Assembly: GCF_006345805.1 (NCBI RefSeq)
Contig: NC_043011.1
Coordinates: 39,444,464 to 39,508,463 of the forward strand
DNA length: 64,000 nucleotides
Direction of reading: 5' to 3'
Source of the DNA: Octopus sinensis
Lineage: Eukaryota
Numbering within the stretch: position 1 is the first letter of the stretch; each line of letters begins with the position of its first letter. The notes beneath the pieces are model-generated. The model saw only the letters and a list, made by a program, of their open reading frames with translations. It did no database searches and was not told the DNA's origin. Positions 52,024 through 64,000 of this stretch are shown piece by piece. Both the position numbers and the translations under genes were made by a program.

Positions 52024-52239
52024 CGAGGGGCTGCTGAAAATTTCCTGGCTTTGGGTAAAGAGGAAATACAGAAGAATCACTTAATTATGATTTTATTCAA
52101 CATATTCCCCTCTCAGATTCACACACTTATTGCAACAGTCCTTCAATTTTTGTAAGCCCTATAAAAGAACTTGGAAAGCTGGGCTTCCAACCAGCCCTTT
52201 CATGATACTCTTAAAACCAGGATCTTTTCAGCACCCCTT
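52024..52239. mobile_element. Mariner-type MITE, same family
   Basis: TIRs cgaggggctgctgaaaatttcctgg / ccaggatcttttcagcacccctt. Interior similar to 51604-51720. Confidence 0.65.
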
Positions 52240-52914
52240 TAAATATCTTGGGTGTAACATTAAACAGCACCTATGGAAAGGCGATAGTTCAGGAGTTCTG
52301 AAGCAATGGGGAGAATAGAGTCACTCCTTAATTACTATTGCTCCTAAGTCTGTTCTGACCTGGAACAGCAGTCCATCTAAGGGTTAAATAAATTTCCTAA
52401 GGGTAGAGGAGGATCCCTTTATTTTTGACAAAGTTATAGGAAAAGCAGCTCTTCAAGGACAAAGATGCTCTGACATAAAACTTGCAGTCAAAACAGTATC
52501 AGTCATCTTGCAAAGTTTGTCACTGGAACCTATAATGGTGACTGAGAGAGTAGCAAAAGTGTTGTACAAGCTTTCAAAAACCTTCAGATATTTCACAGTC
52601 ATTAATTTCCAAGTTTTTCTGGTATTTTATAAAGCACTATGGTGATGGGCGTATTGCATGAAAAGTCATATTCACACACATGCAGGGATGAAAGTAAATC
52701 AAAATGACCAGGCTGAAATTGAGGTGGTTGTCATTTGACAAGATGAAGCAATCATTATCATCATCATCACCATTATCATCATCTTCATCATTATCATCTT
52801 CGTCATCGTTGTCGTCATCATCATCATTGTTGTTTAACATCTGCTTTCTATGCTGGCATGGGCTGGGCAGTTTGACAGGAGCCGGCTAGGCAGGAGCCTG
52901 CACCAGACTTCAAT

Positions 52915-53200
52915 GTCTGTTTTGGCAAGGTTTTACAGCTGGATGCCCTTCCTAACACCAACCATCCAGCAGAATAGATTGAAGGCATTTTATGTGGCAC
53001 AAGCACAGGTGAGGTCAGTTTTGGCAAGGTTTTTACAGCTGGGTGCTCTTACAAACACCAACCATCCAGCAGAGTGGATTGAGGGCATTTTATTTGGCAC
53101 AAGCACAGGTGAGGTCAGTTTTGGCAAGGTTTTTACAGCTGGATGCCCTTCCAAACACCAACCACTTTACAGTGTGGACTGGATGCATTTTACCTGGCAT
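52915..53200. repeat. Three ~100-bp tandem units inside an RTE-like tail
   Basis: gttttggcaaggttttacagctgg recurs at ~52919, 53018 and 53118. Confidence 0.8.
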
Positions 53201-53836
53201 CAGCACTGGTAGGGTCACCAACTAACTTACAAGACACAAATCTTTTTAAAGACGTGTATATATATGTATGTATATGTCAGCATTTGTTTTCTCTGAACCA
53301 GTCTAAGAACCGAGGTTATAGATGCATATATATATATATATATATACATATATACGACGAGCTTCTTTCAGTTTCCGTCTACCAAATCCACTCACAAGGC
53401 TTTGGTCAGCCCGAGGCTATAGTAGAAGACACTTGCCCAAGGTGCCACGCAGTGGGACTGAACCTGGAACCATGTGGTTGGTAAGCAAGCTACTTACCAC
53501 ACAGCCACTCCTGCGCCTATACATACAAATCTATATAAACGTATTTTTCTGTTTCTCTTTTTGTTTAAATGCCTCTATGTTTGTGTGTGTGTGTGTGTGT
53601 TTGTGAATGTGTGTTTGTATGCAGAGAGAAATAGTGAGAAAAAGAGAGAGAGAGAAAGAAAAAAAGAGAGAGAGATAAAGAAAGAAAGAGAAAGAGAGAG
53701 ATAATAATATATTAATTCTAACATTTAAAAATATTTTTTAAATATCATTTTCCCAGTAAAACAAATAAAAAACAAATATAGATAACAAGGAAAGAAATGG
53801 AGCAAAAAAAAAAGAGGAAAAAAAAACTGCAATTAC

Positions 53837-53967
53837 CTTAATTTTGTCTCCAGGTTGATTAGTATGCATAAATGACTGCAAACAGATTTTTGAAGACATA
53901 TCCTCAAAGACGGTATTGTAATTTTTATCTATTTCTTCATAAAACTTTTCTCTGAGCTGATAATCAT
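53837..53967 (-). CDS. Candidate internal exon of an unidentified gene (DDYQLREKFYEEIDKNYNTVFEDMSSKICLQSFMHTNQPGDKIK)
   Basis: Acceptor ttttgttttaattgcAG, donor AAG|GTAATT. 131 bp open, phase 1->0. Non-repetitive, protein-like composition; no homology recognised. Confidence 0.55.
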
Positions 53968-54519
53968 CTGCAATTAAAACAAAACCTAGAATATATTGCA
54001 AGCTTACATTACTTTCCATGCTAATTACTCTCTCAGTAACGTGATAATTTATTTGTTCTTACATCAATTTTTCCATGCTAGCATAGTTTTAGAACGGCGT
54101 TATTCAAAGATGTTGTGATATGTCAGCAATATTTTGGAAAAAAAAGGAGGATGGAAGAATTGGTAACTTTCCATTACAAAGTACAATACAAATTGAAATG
54201 TGTTGGCTTGTATGCCTCAATCGCTGTGATATCTACACCAGTGGAATGCAACTTCCTGGGTAAGGTTCCCCATGCTGGACAGGTCAAAGACCACTTCTTC
54301 CCAGAGGTAAAAGCCCAGAAGTTTGCATGGGGCAGCAAGCTGACAAAATCATTAGTATGGTCAATAAAATGCTTAGCAGCATTTCTTCCAGTTCTTTAAA
54401 TTCTGTGTTCAAATCCTTCTGAAGTCATCTTTGCCTTTCATCCCTTTAGAGCCAAGAAAATAAAGTACCAGTCAAGTACTAGAACCAAGGCAACTGACTT
54501 GCCCGTACCCTCATATATA

Positions 54520-54842
54520 TCTATAATAATAAATGCAAAGTACTGTCTGTCCATCTGGGACCACTGTATCTCAGACTATATTGCTCTACATAGAGATAGT
54601 GTATCTTTTTCGAATTAGGATTTGTTATATGCTAACAGTCCAGAAAATTCAAATTTTAAAAGAACTCAAAAAATTTGTGAACTTAAAAGTTTTTGATTTA
54701 AACTGAATTCAAAGTAATACCATATTGGCAGGGTACCAACAAATGCTTCAATATTGCTCTCTTTAGTTTTAAGTCACAGGCCCAATTGGCCCTCTGCAGG
54801 AGGTATCTTAAAAGTTTACACAGAGTGCAGCTTTTAAGCTAG
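54520..54842 (+). mobile_element. Probable short non-autonomous Helitron
   Basis: A|TCTATAATAATAAA...gtctgtc start and CTAG|T end. The 3' hairpin is weak. Confidence 0.45.
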
Positions 54843-54940
54843 TTCATATATATAATATATATATATATAGCAATAAGAAAATGGAGGGAATCAATAGGTG
54901 GTTCATATATATATATATACACACACACACATATATATAT

Positions 54941-54981
<41 letters not shown>

Positions 54982-55680
54982 TATATATATATACGCATAT
55001 ATGATGGGCTTCTTTCAGTTTCTGTCAACCAAATCCACTCACAAGGCTTTGGTCAGCTTGAGGCTATAGCAGAAGACACTTGCCCAAGATGCCACCCTGT
55101 AGGACTGAACTCAGAACCATGTCGTTGGAAAGTAAACTTCTTACCACACAGCCACGCCTGCACCTACATATACATATATTTCACCCACACATGATATTTA
55201 TATACACACACAGAAGCACAAATAAAGGTTACAAACCTCATTCAGGGATAGCAGCTGTTTACTCAACATGCAGGAATTGAACACCTATTTTGTATATCTT
55301 AAACTACCTCTAAAGAGATTCGACCTTCAAATAATTTTTAATTTATTTTATTTTCTGAAGGTCTGGAATTGAAGCAGCTGTAAGGGATGTTTGTCAATTA
55401 TTAATTAATAAATAATAATTTATTAATTACCTCTCTACTTTCTCATTTTATTATATATATTACAATAGCCAATACAGAAAATGCTTAATGGTATTACTGA
55501 TTGCACCCTGCCTTAATGCAACAAATCAAAGCTAGGTAGAATGATGGAGTGATGTTACCCAATCTACATGGTGAGTTTTTACTCCATATGTGGATCAGTT
55601 ACCTTCAATGCTTTGCATGTTCTTTTAATTATATCTCTTTTATAAATTTACTTTTAAATCTCTCTCTCTCTCTCTCTCTT

Positions 55681-55717
<37 letters not shown>

Positions 55718-56964
55718 CTCTCCTGCCATTAGATGACACATGAGGGTTTGACAATTTCTTACTGAACAACCATACATGATTTGTTTTATAGTGATCAAAT
55801 GTTGGTGTAGACATAAGCTCACTCCCTCCATCAAATCGACATTACCTGTACAGGTGCAATGGGACGCCACATGCCACATGCTGAAATGATCGCAGAGCAA
55901 TGTAAAATGAAGTGCTTTGCTCAAAAACACAACACAATACTCGGTCTGGGAATCGAACCCACAATCTCGCAATCGTGAGTGCAACGCCTTAACCACTGAG
56001 CCATGCCTTATGTATATATATAACTTGTGCATAATTTCCATTTATTTAGCTTGAATTTTTAAACATGCCCAACAGTTTATTGTATATCTCAGCCATCCCT
56101 TCGTTTTTATGTACCTTTTTTGTCCATCTCCAGATTTTGTCTGATGATGATGATGATGATGATGATGGGAGGGGGTAATATTAATAGTTGGAGGAGGCAG
56201 TGGTTATTTTTGGTGGTGGTAGTGAGAGTTGTACTGGTGTCTGTGGTAGCAGCCACAGTAATAACAGCAACAGTGATGACATCAAAGAGGCAAATGGTGG
56301 TGGTGATGGTGGTGATAAGTACGATAATGGTAATGATGGTATGAGGGTGGTGATGATGAAGGTGGTAATAATGGCTTCAAAATTTGGCACAAGGCCAGCA
56401 ATTTGGGGGGGTACGTCAATTACATCAACCCCAGTGCTCAATTGGTTCTTATTTTAATGACCCTAAAAAGAGGAAAGATGGAATTTGAACTCAGAACCTA
56501 AAGACAGGAGAGATGCTGCTAAGCATTTTACCCAGCGTGCTAACGACTCTACCAGCTTACGACACTGATGAGGGTGACAATAATAATAATGAAGATGATA
56601 ACAATGATGATGAGCATAATGGTGACTTTGAACACCAAGTCAACAACAACAACAACCATTACACCAATAACAACAACAACATCAACAATGATGAAGACAC
56701 CACTTCTACTACTACTGCTACCACCTTGTTGTCAAAGTCGACAATAATGACTGTGGTGATGATTGATGATAATGACAGTAACATTAAAAAACTCACACAC
56801 AAACGAAGAGCTAACGAACATTTCCAATGTGAATAACTAAAAGAATATAAAAAATGTGAATTAAAAATAAAATTCAATTACAAATAACCTATTAATTTTG
56901 TCTTCAGTTTCAAAAATGTTTTAAAACGAGGATTTTCTTAAATAATAACATTACTCATAGATAA

Positions 56965-56988
56965 TGCATTTCGTTAGTTTATTATTAC

Positions 56989-57033
<45 letters not shown>

Positions 57034-57156
57034 TATTATTACTATTACTATTATTATTATTATTATTATTATTTATTATTATTACTATTATTATTACTAT
57101 TACTATTATTATTATTATATTATTATTATTATTATTACTATTATTATTACTATTAC

Positions 57157-57192
<36 letters not shown>

Positions 57193-57530
57193 TATTATTA
57201 CTATTACTATTATTATTATTATTATTATTATCATTATTATTATCATTATCATCATCATCATTATTATTATTATTATTACTATTATTATTACTATTACTAT
57301 TATTATCATTATTATTATTATTATTATTATCATTATTATTATCATTATCATCATCATCATCATTATTATTATTATTACTATTATTATTATTATTACTATT
57401 ATTATTACTATTACTATTATTATTATTATTAATTATTATTATTATTATCATTATTATTATCATTATCATCATTATCATCATCATCATTATTATTATTATT
57501 ATTATCATTATTATTATTATCATCAACATT
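56965..57530. repeat. (TAT)n/(TAC)/(CAT) compound microsatellite
   Basis: Direct reading. Confidence 0.95.
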
Positions 57531-57967
57531 CTTTTATTGTTTCATTATATTTATTTTAATTTCAAAGCATAATTGTGTGAAATTAGCTAAATTAATAGTA
57601 AATTCAGCAAAAACTTTGGCACAAAATACAGAAATAAAACTACAACAAAGATAATTTCAAATGTGCTTTATGCATAAAATTTCTCCAAAAAATTATGTAA
57701 TATCATCAATTATTATAATCATTATTATATTCCTTATTATTATTATAATCATCATCGTCATTACTATCATTATTATTATTATCATTATTCAGATGGTAAG
57801 CTAACAAAATCATTGCACACCAGCTAAAATGCTTAGCGGCATTTCATCCATCTTTACATTCTGAGTTCAAATCCTGCCAAGGTCAACTTTGCCTTTCATC
57901 ATTTCAGGGTTGATGAAATAAGTACCAGATTTCAGGCCTTGTGCCTATAGTGGAAAGGATTATTATA

Positions 57968-58163
57968 CAGTAACCCCATGCCTTATCACGGTTCACCTAT
58001 TGTGGCTTATTATTTAAGCTTATGTAGAGTCCTCTGTGGTGTTGTTTTGCATTTATAATAAAATAAATATATACAAATTAGAAAAATAATTTTTAAAAAA
58101 TACAGTACTGTTTCTACTTCATGGATTTGGAACGTAACAGCCACGATAGTTGAGGGATTACTG
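57968..58163. mobile_element. pogo/Tigger-like MITE
   Basis: TA-flanked ends cagtaacccc... / ...gggattactg. Confidence 0.5.
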
Positions 58164-58216
58164 TAATTACCATTAGCATCATCATTATTGATATAAAAAT
58201 GAAATGCCTTTGTAAA

Positions 58217-58262
<46 letters not shown>

Positions 58263-58777
58263 GTTTAACATCCGCTTTCCATGCTAGCAAGGGTTGAACG
58301 ATTTGACTGAGGACTGGCAAACTAGATGGCTGCACCAGGCTCCAATCTTGATCTGGCAGTTTCTACAGCTGGATGCCCTTCCTAACGCCAACCACTCCAA
58401 GAGTATAGTGGGTGCTTTTACGTGCCACCGGCATGAGGGGCAGTCATGTAGTACTGGCAACGGCCACACTCAAATGGTGTTTTTTTACATGCCACCTGCA
58501 CAAGAGCCAGTCCAGCGGCACTGGCAGCAACCTCACTCGAATGTTTTGTCACATGCCACTGGCACAAGTGCCAGTAAGGCAACACTGGTAACGATCACGC
58601 TTGAATGGTGCTTTTTACGTGCCACCGGCACAGGAACCATTTTCTGAATTTATTTATAGTCAGATTTTGTATTTTTCTTGATTGTTTTAAGTAACTTTGT
58701 AATGACTACTACTTATCCGTTACCCTAAAGGCAAACAGAAACTTTTATAATAATAATAATAATTATATTAATAGTAA

Positions 58778-59169
58778 CTAGCAGTATCGCCCAACATTGC
58801 TTGGGTTTGTTTCAACCCTTTAGAATTGGAATTTTTGAAAAGTATAAATTTTGCATTATCTAGCTTGTTATTCTCTTTAAGTGAACATTTTTCTGGTTGA
58901 AATACACTGAAAAATGGCGACACAGCAGTAAAAAAATCGTAAAAAATAGGGATTTTCATAGAAAAAAAGCACCCTTTTGATGTAAATAATTTTTGGTGTT
59001 AACATGGTCCGATTTGAATTTTTTCTTCTAAGGAAGAAAGAGCAAGCCTTCTTCTATCATACTCTCAATTTTGGTCAACTTCCGCTGCAGGGTCTCGGAG
59101 GAGATAGTGCTAGTTGAAGGCTATAAAACCTGCCATACACAGACAACTTCAGCTTTATATATAGAGAGA
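58778..59169 (-). mobile_element. Non-autonomous Helitron
   Basis: Minus strand: A|TCTCTCTATATATAAAG...ccc(a)agcaatgttggg hairpin...CTAG|T, inserted in an AAT tract. Confidence 0.75.
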
Positions 59170-59181
59170 TAATAATAATAA

Positions 59182-59598
59182 TTAGGAACTGCTCATATCC
59201 TAAGAAAAATATTATCAATGTAATCCCCAAAACATCTAAATCTGTAAACAGTGTCTCTTGGGGCTAAATTACAGCAACATTCGTCCTGGATCTGGACTGC
59301 CATGTTGTGTTGGCAAACAATATTTACTACAGTGTCAAAATACTTTTAAATGTACATAATAGCAAACATCTTTTACTGTCATATGAACATCACACTATCA
59401 TCGTATAATCAAATTACTTCTAAAAGAAACTTCAAATATTCTTATGTCTCCACAGATATTCTCTTGAACAATACTTTGTGCAAAACCCAAAATATGGCAC
59501 CCTAGTCATAACATAACATGAACTTCTAACTTGCCTGTTGAGGTCTCTGGGTGAGACTTGGAGTCAACTTGTACAAATACAAAGCAAAAGCCAAACAT
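59182..59598 (+). mobile_element. Dong/R4-like 3' end, second family
   Basis: LGTAHILRKILSM*, then a UTR ending ...tgttgaggtctctgggtgagacttggag...gcaaaagccaaacataataat. Confidence 0.6.
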
Positions 59599-59608
59599 AA
59601 TAATAATG

Positions 59609-59651
<43 letters not shown>

Positions 59652-59679
59652 TAATAATAATAATAATAAATAATAATAA

Positions 59680-60260
59680 CATCCTTAAACAATCCTTATT
59701 CAGGGACCTTTTGAGTGGGATGGGCCACTCGACATGAAGAAAATTCTAACTGGCCCCACCTGCAAGGTCATGTGCTGTTTATCTTGATATGAGATCACCA
59801 TGTCGTGCACATACAGTTGTGATGCATGTGCCTGGTGTACCCTTATCAGATGGGTAGTCATGATGGGTATACTGGGCTTCGTATATTTTACCCTAGTATC
59901 ACTTTGATGGCATGCACTGCTCTCTCACTGAATAATAATAGTGATGATGATGATGATAGCAAATGGGGTTGATTACTACCTAGGTCAGATAGCAGGAAAC
60001 CCCAAAATGGCAGAAATTCAAAAGATAGTGCTCATGAGAACTGCCCATATCCTACATAAAATACTATGTAATCTCAAATTTTAAAACAAACATAATTTTC
60101 TTATGGTTTCTTAAACATTCTCTAGAACAACACTATGTACAAAACCAAATATATGGCACCCTAAGCATAACACCAACATGAACTTCTAACTTGTCTGTTG
60201 AGGTCTCTGGGTGAGACTTGGAGCCAATTTGTACAAATACAAAGCAAAAGTCAAACATAA

Positions 60261-60291
<31 letters not shown>

Positions 60292-61225
60292 GACTCTCTC
60301 GTCGAAGGCGACATATGAGTGCTCAGCTTTTGCCAAATGACCAACACAAACGATTTGTCTACAATGATCAAAACAGTGCCACACATTAGCTCACTCTGTC
60401 CTTCAAATCTAAACAGGTGCACAGTGTACCACATGTCAGGTGTCAAAATTATTGCAAAGCAATATCAGATTAAAGCATTTTGTTCAAGGACACAATGCAT
60501 CACCTAGTCTACGAACTGAAATCATGATCTAGTGAAAGTAAGTGCAACAACCAAACCACTAGTCTATTTGCCCCCATAATAATAATAATAATAAAAATAA
60601 TAATAATATAATAATGATAATAATAATAATAATAATAATAATAACATCCTTAAACAATCCTTATTCAGGGACCTTTTGAGTGGGATGGGCCACTCGACAT
60701 GAAGAAAATTCTAACTGGCCCCACCTGCAAGGTCATGTGCTGTTTATCTTGATATGAGATCACCATGTCGTGCACATACAGTTGTGATGCATGTGCCTGG
60801 TGTACCCTTATCAGATGGGTAGTCATGATGGGTATACTGGGCTTCGTATATTTTACCCTAGTATCACTTTGATGGCATGCACTGCTCTCTCACTGAATAA
60901 TAATAGTGATGATGATGATGATAGCAAATGGGGTTGATTACTACCTAGGTCAGATAGCAGGAAACCCCAAAATGGCAGAAATTCAAAAGATAGTGCTCAT
61001 GAGAACTGCCCATATCCTACATAAAATACTATGTAATCTCAAATTTTAAAACAAACATAATTTTCTTATGGTTTCTTAAACATTCTCTAGAACAACACTA
61101 TGTACAAAACCAAATATATGGCACCCTAAGCATAACACCAACATGAACTTCTAACTTGTCTGTTGAGGTCTCTGGGTGAGACTTGGAGCCAATTTGTACA
61201 AATACAAAGCAAAAGTCAAACATAA

Positions 61226-61256
<31 letters not shown>

Positions 61257-61540
61257 GACTCTCTCGTCGAAGGCGACATATGAGTGCTCAGCTTTTGCCA
61301 AATGACCAACACAAACGATTTGTCTACAATGATCAAAACAGTGCCACACATTAGCTCACTCTGTCCTTCAAATCTAAACAGGTGCACAGTGTACCACATG
61401 TCAGGTGTCAAAATTATTGCAAAGCAATATCAGATTAAAGCATTTTGTTCAAGGACACAATGCATCACCTAGTCTACGAACTGAAATCATGATCTAGTGA
61501 AAGTAAGTGCAACAACCAAACCACTAGTCTATTTGCCCCC
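59680..61540. repeat. Tandem duplication, 965-bp offset
   Basis: 59680-60575 appears identical to 60645-61540. The ORF track shows identical peptides 965 bp apart. Confidence 0.95.
59956..60260 (+). mobile_element. Dong/R4-like 3' end (duplicated at 60921-61225)
   Basis: YLGQIAGNPKMAEIQKIVLMRTAHILHKIL. Shares its terminal ~120 bp with 59480-59598. Confidence 0.65.
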
Positions 61541-61550
61541 ATAATAATAA

Positions 61551-61582
<32 letters not shown>

Positions 61583-61792
61583 ATTTAAAATTTTGGATAG
61601 GGGGATAGTCAATTACTTCAACTGGCACTTATTTTAGCAACCCTGAAAGGATAAAAGGCAAAGCTGACCCCAGTGGAATTTGAACCTGAAATGTGAAGAC
61701 AGGCGAAATGCTGCTAAACAATTCACCCAGCATGCCAACAATTCTACCAGCTCACCACCTGAAATAATAATAACAACAACAACAACAACAAC

Positions 61793-61830
<38 letters not shown>

Positions 61831-61840
61831 TAACAATAAC

Positions 61841-61879
<39 letters not shown>

Positions 61880-62154
61880 TCTTTGTATTATAGGAATAAG
61901 GCCTGAAAGTTAGGAGGTGGGGGAAGTCAATTACATCACATCCCCCAGTGCTCATCTGGTACTTACTTTATCAACCAGGAAAGAATGAAGGGTAAAATCA
62001 ACCTCAGCAGGATTTGAACTCAAAACATAAAGACAGATGAAACATCACATGGCATTTCATCCAGTGAGCTGACATTTCAGCCAGCTCAATGAATTAACAA
62101 TAATGATGATGATGATGAGGAGGAGGAGGAGGAGGAGGAGGAAAGGAAAATTGC

Positions 62155-62157
62155 TGA

Positions 62158-62202
<45 letters not shown>

Positions 62203-62368
62203 CATTATTAACTATTATTATTATTATTATTACTATTATTATTATTATTATTATTAACTATTGTCTTTGATTATATCAATATTACTTTTTTTATTATTAT
62301 TATCGATATTATTATTATTATTAACTATTATTATGTTTGATTATATTATGATTACTCTTATTATTATC

Positions 62369-62462
<94 letters not shown>

Positions 62463-62724
62463 ATTATTATCTTTGATTATATTATTATTACTCTTATTAT
62501 TATTGTCACTCATTATTATTATTATAATTATTAACTATTATCTTTGATTATATTATTACTCTTATTATTATTATTATTATTATTATCATTATTATAATTA
62601 TTAACTATTATTATCTTTGATTATATTAATATTACTCTTTTTATTATTACTATCATTATTATTATTATTATTATTAACTATTATTATCTTTGATTATATT
62701 ATGATTACTCTTATTATTATTGTC

Positions 62725-62781
<57 letters not shown>

Positions 62782-62794
62782 CATTATTATTATA

Positions 62795-62833
<39 letters not shown>

Positions 62834-62892
62834 TATTATTATTAACTATTATTATCTTTCATTATATTATTATTACTCTTATTATTATTGTC

Positions 62893-62938
<46 letters not shown>
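62155..62938. repeat. (TAT)n-derived array with recurring subunit taactattattatctttgattatattat..tactctt
   Basis: The subunit recurs several times within the TAT tract. Confidence 0.9.
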
Positions 62939-64000
62939 GAAAGACAGAAGCTTTTAAGAACACTTCTCTAAATTTGTTTCATAACATTTTTTGTCTTTTT
63001 TTTTCATTTTTCTTTCAAGATTTCTCAATTGTCTCTAAGTAGATAATTACATACATTTGTACAGAAGAAATGTGATTAACAGTTTAAAAGATCTTGAGAT
63101 AATTTACTAGCAAGACTTTAAAATCCATCCAACAAAAAGATAAATAAATAAAAATTGTCAAAAACAAATAGAAATAAAAATAAAAAATAAGAAAAAAAAT
63201 GAAGCTACTGGCATCTTTAAGGATGTTGATGAATAAATTAATAAAGAATCAACATTAATTGTTTTTATGGTGGTAGTGGTTCTTGGTGGTGGTGGTGATG
63301 TTAGTGAAGTCACAGCTTTTGCACCATATCCACAATGTTTAATAATAGCTAAATAGGTTGCATCTGAGCCATTTTCTTTGTTGCAGTTCTTCTTATTTCA
63401 GTTGCAATAGTTGCTGCAAGTGCTTCAGTGCTGGGTCTTGTCTTCCAGATTTCTCTCAGCTTTGATATGAGAAACAGCTTTTTCTCCTTAATGTCTCGAA
63501 GGAACTGACTCTGACCCCAACCCTAACCCCCCGACCCCTCCCACCTAACGACCCAGCAAGTAAAAAAATGACAGTTAAGCTAAGGATATTATCGCTGTTA
63601 TAGTTAGGAATAGGAAAATATTTAATTAACCCTTTAGAATTCAGATTTTTTAGTGAAATATAATGCTTATTAATTCACATTGTTTGGAATTAATTCTGTA
63701 TTGTCTTGTAACTTCAGCATTTCAATGATGATGAAGATCATCATCATCATCATGATCATCATCATGATCATCTAAATTCCATTACCCATGCTGGCATGGG
63801 TTTGACAGTTTGACGAGGGCTGGTAACCTGAGGGGCTGCACCAGACGCCAATCTGATTTGGCATGGTTTCTATGGCTGGGTGTCCTTTCTGATGCCAACC
63901 ACTCCGAGAATGTCATGGGTGCTTTTAAATGCTACCGGCATGAGTTCCAATTTCGTGACACCAGTATCTGCCACAATTATGATTTCACTTGGCTTGATGG

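Noticed and set aside
52388-52645. 85-codon + strand open frame (INFLRVEEDPF...KALW*)
   Set aside because: No ATG near the start, no convincing splice sites, no recognisable motif.

Overview
AT-rich, microsatellite- and SINE-saturated animal genomic DNA. The repeat style suggests an octopus or other cephalopod; this is inference and was not verified. 1-21.5 kb holds the last six coding exons of a + strand Golgi class I alpha-1,2-mannosidase (GH47, MAN1A-like). All have canonical AG/GT sites and compatible phases, ending at TAG 21539-21541. The rest is mostly mobile DNA: tRNA-derived SINEs, RTE-type tails, Dong/R4-like LINE 3' ends in (TAA)n tracts, piggyBac/TTAA elements, mariner derivatives and Helitrons. 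The most striking signal is an island at ~27-45 kb. It has three structurally complete hammerhead ribozyme motifs (28952+, 39407-, 40600-), one with a compensatory U3-A8 core and two sister copies with a covarying stem II pair. Several decayed hammerheads, long inverted repeats and Penelope-like GIY-YIG relics lie among them. Also present: a mariner derivative built from two 5' ends, a 24-bp higher-order minisatellite, an intron-to-intron duplication, two near-perfect tandem duplications that may be assembly artefacts, a 100-N gap, and candidate exons of an unidentified - strand gene at 51.8 and 53.9 kb. All structures were assigned by eye; no folding or database search was run.
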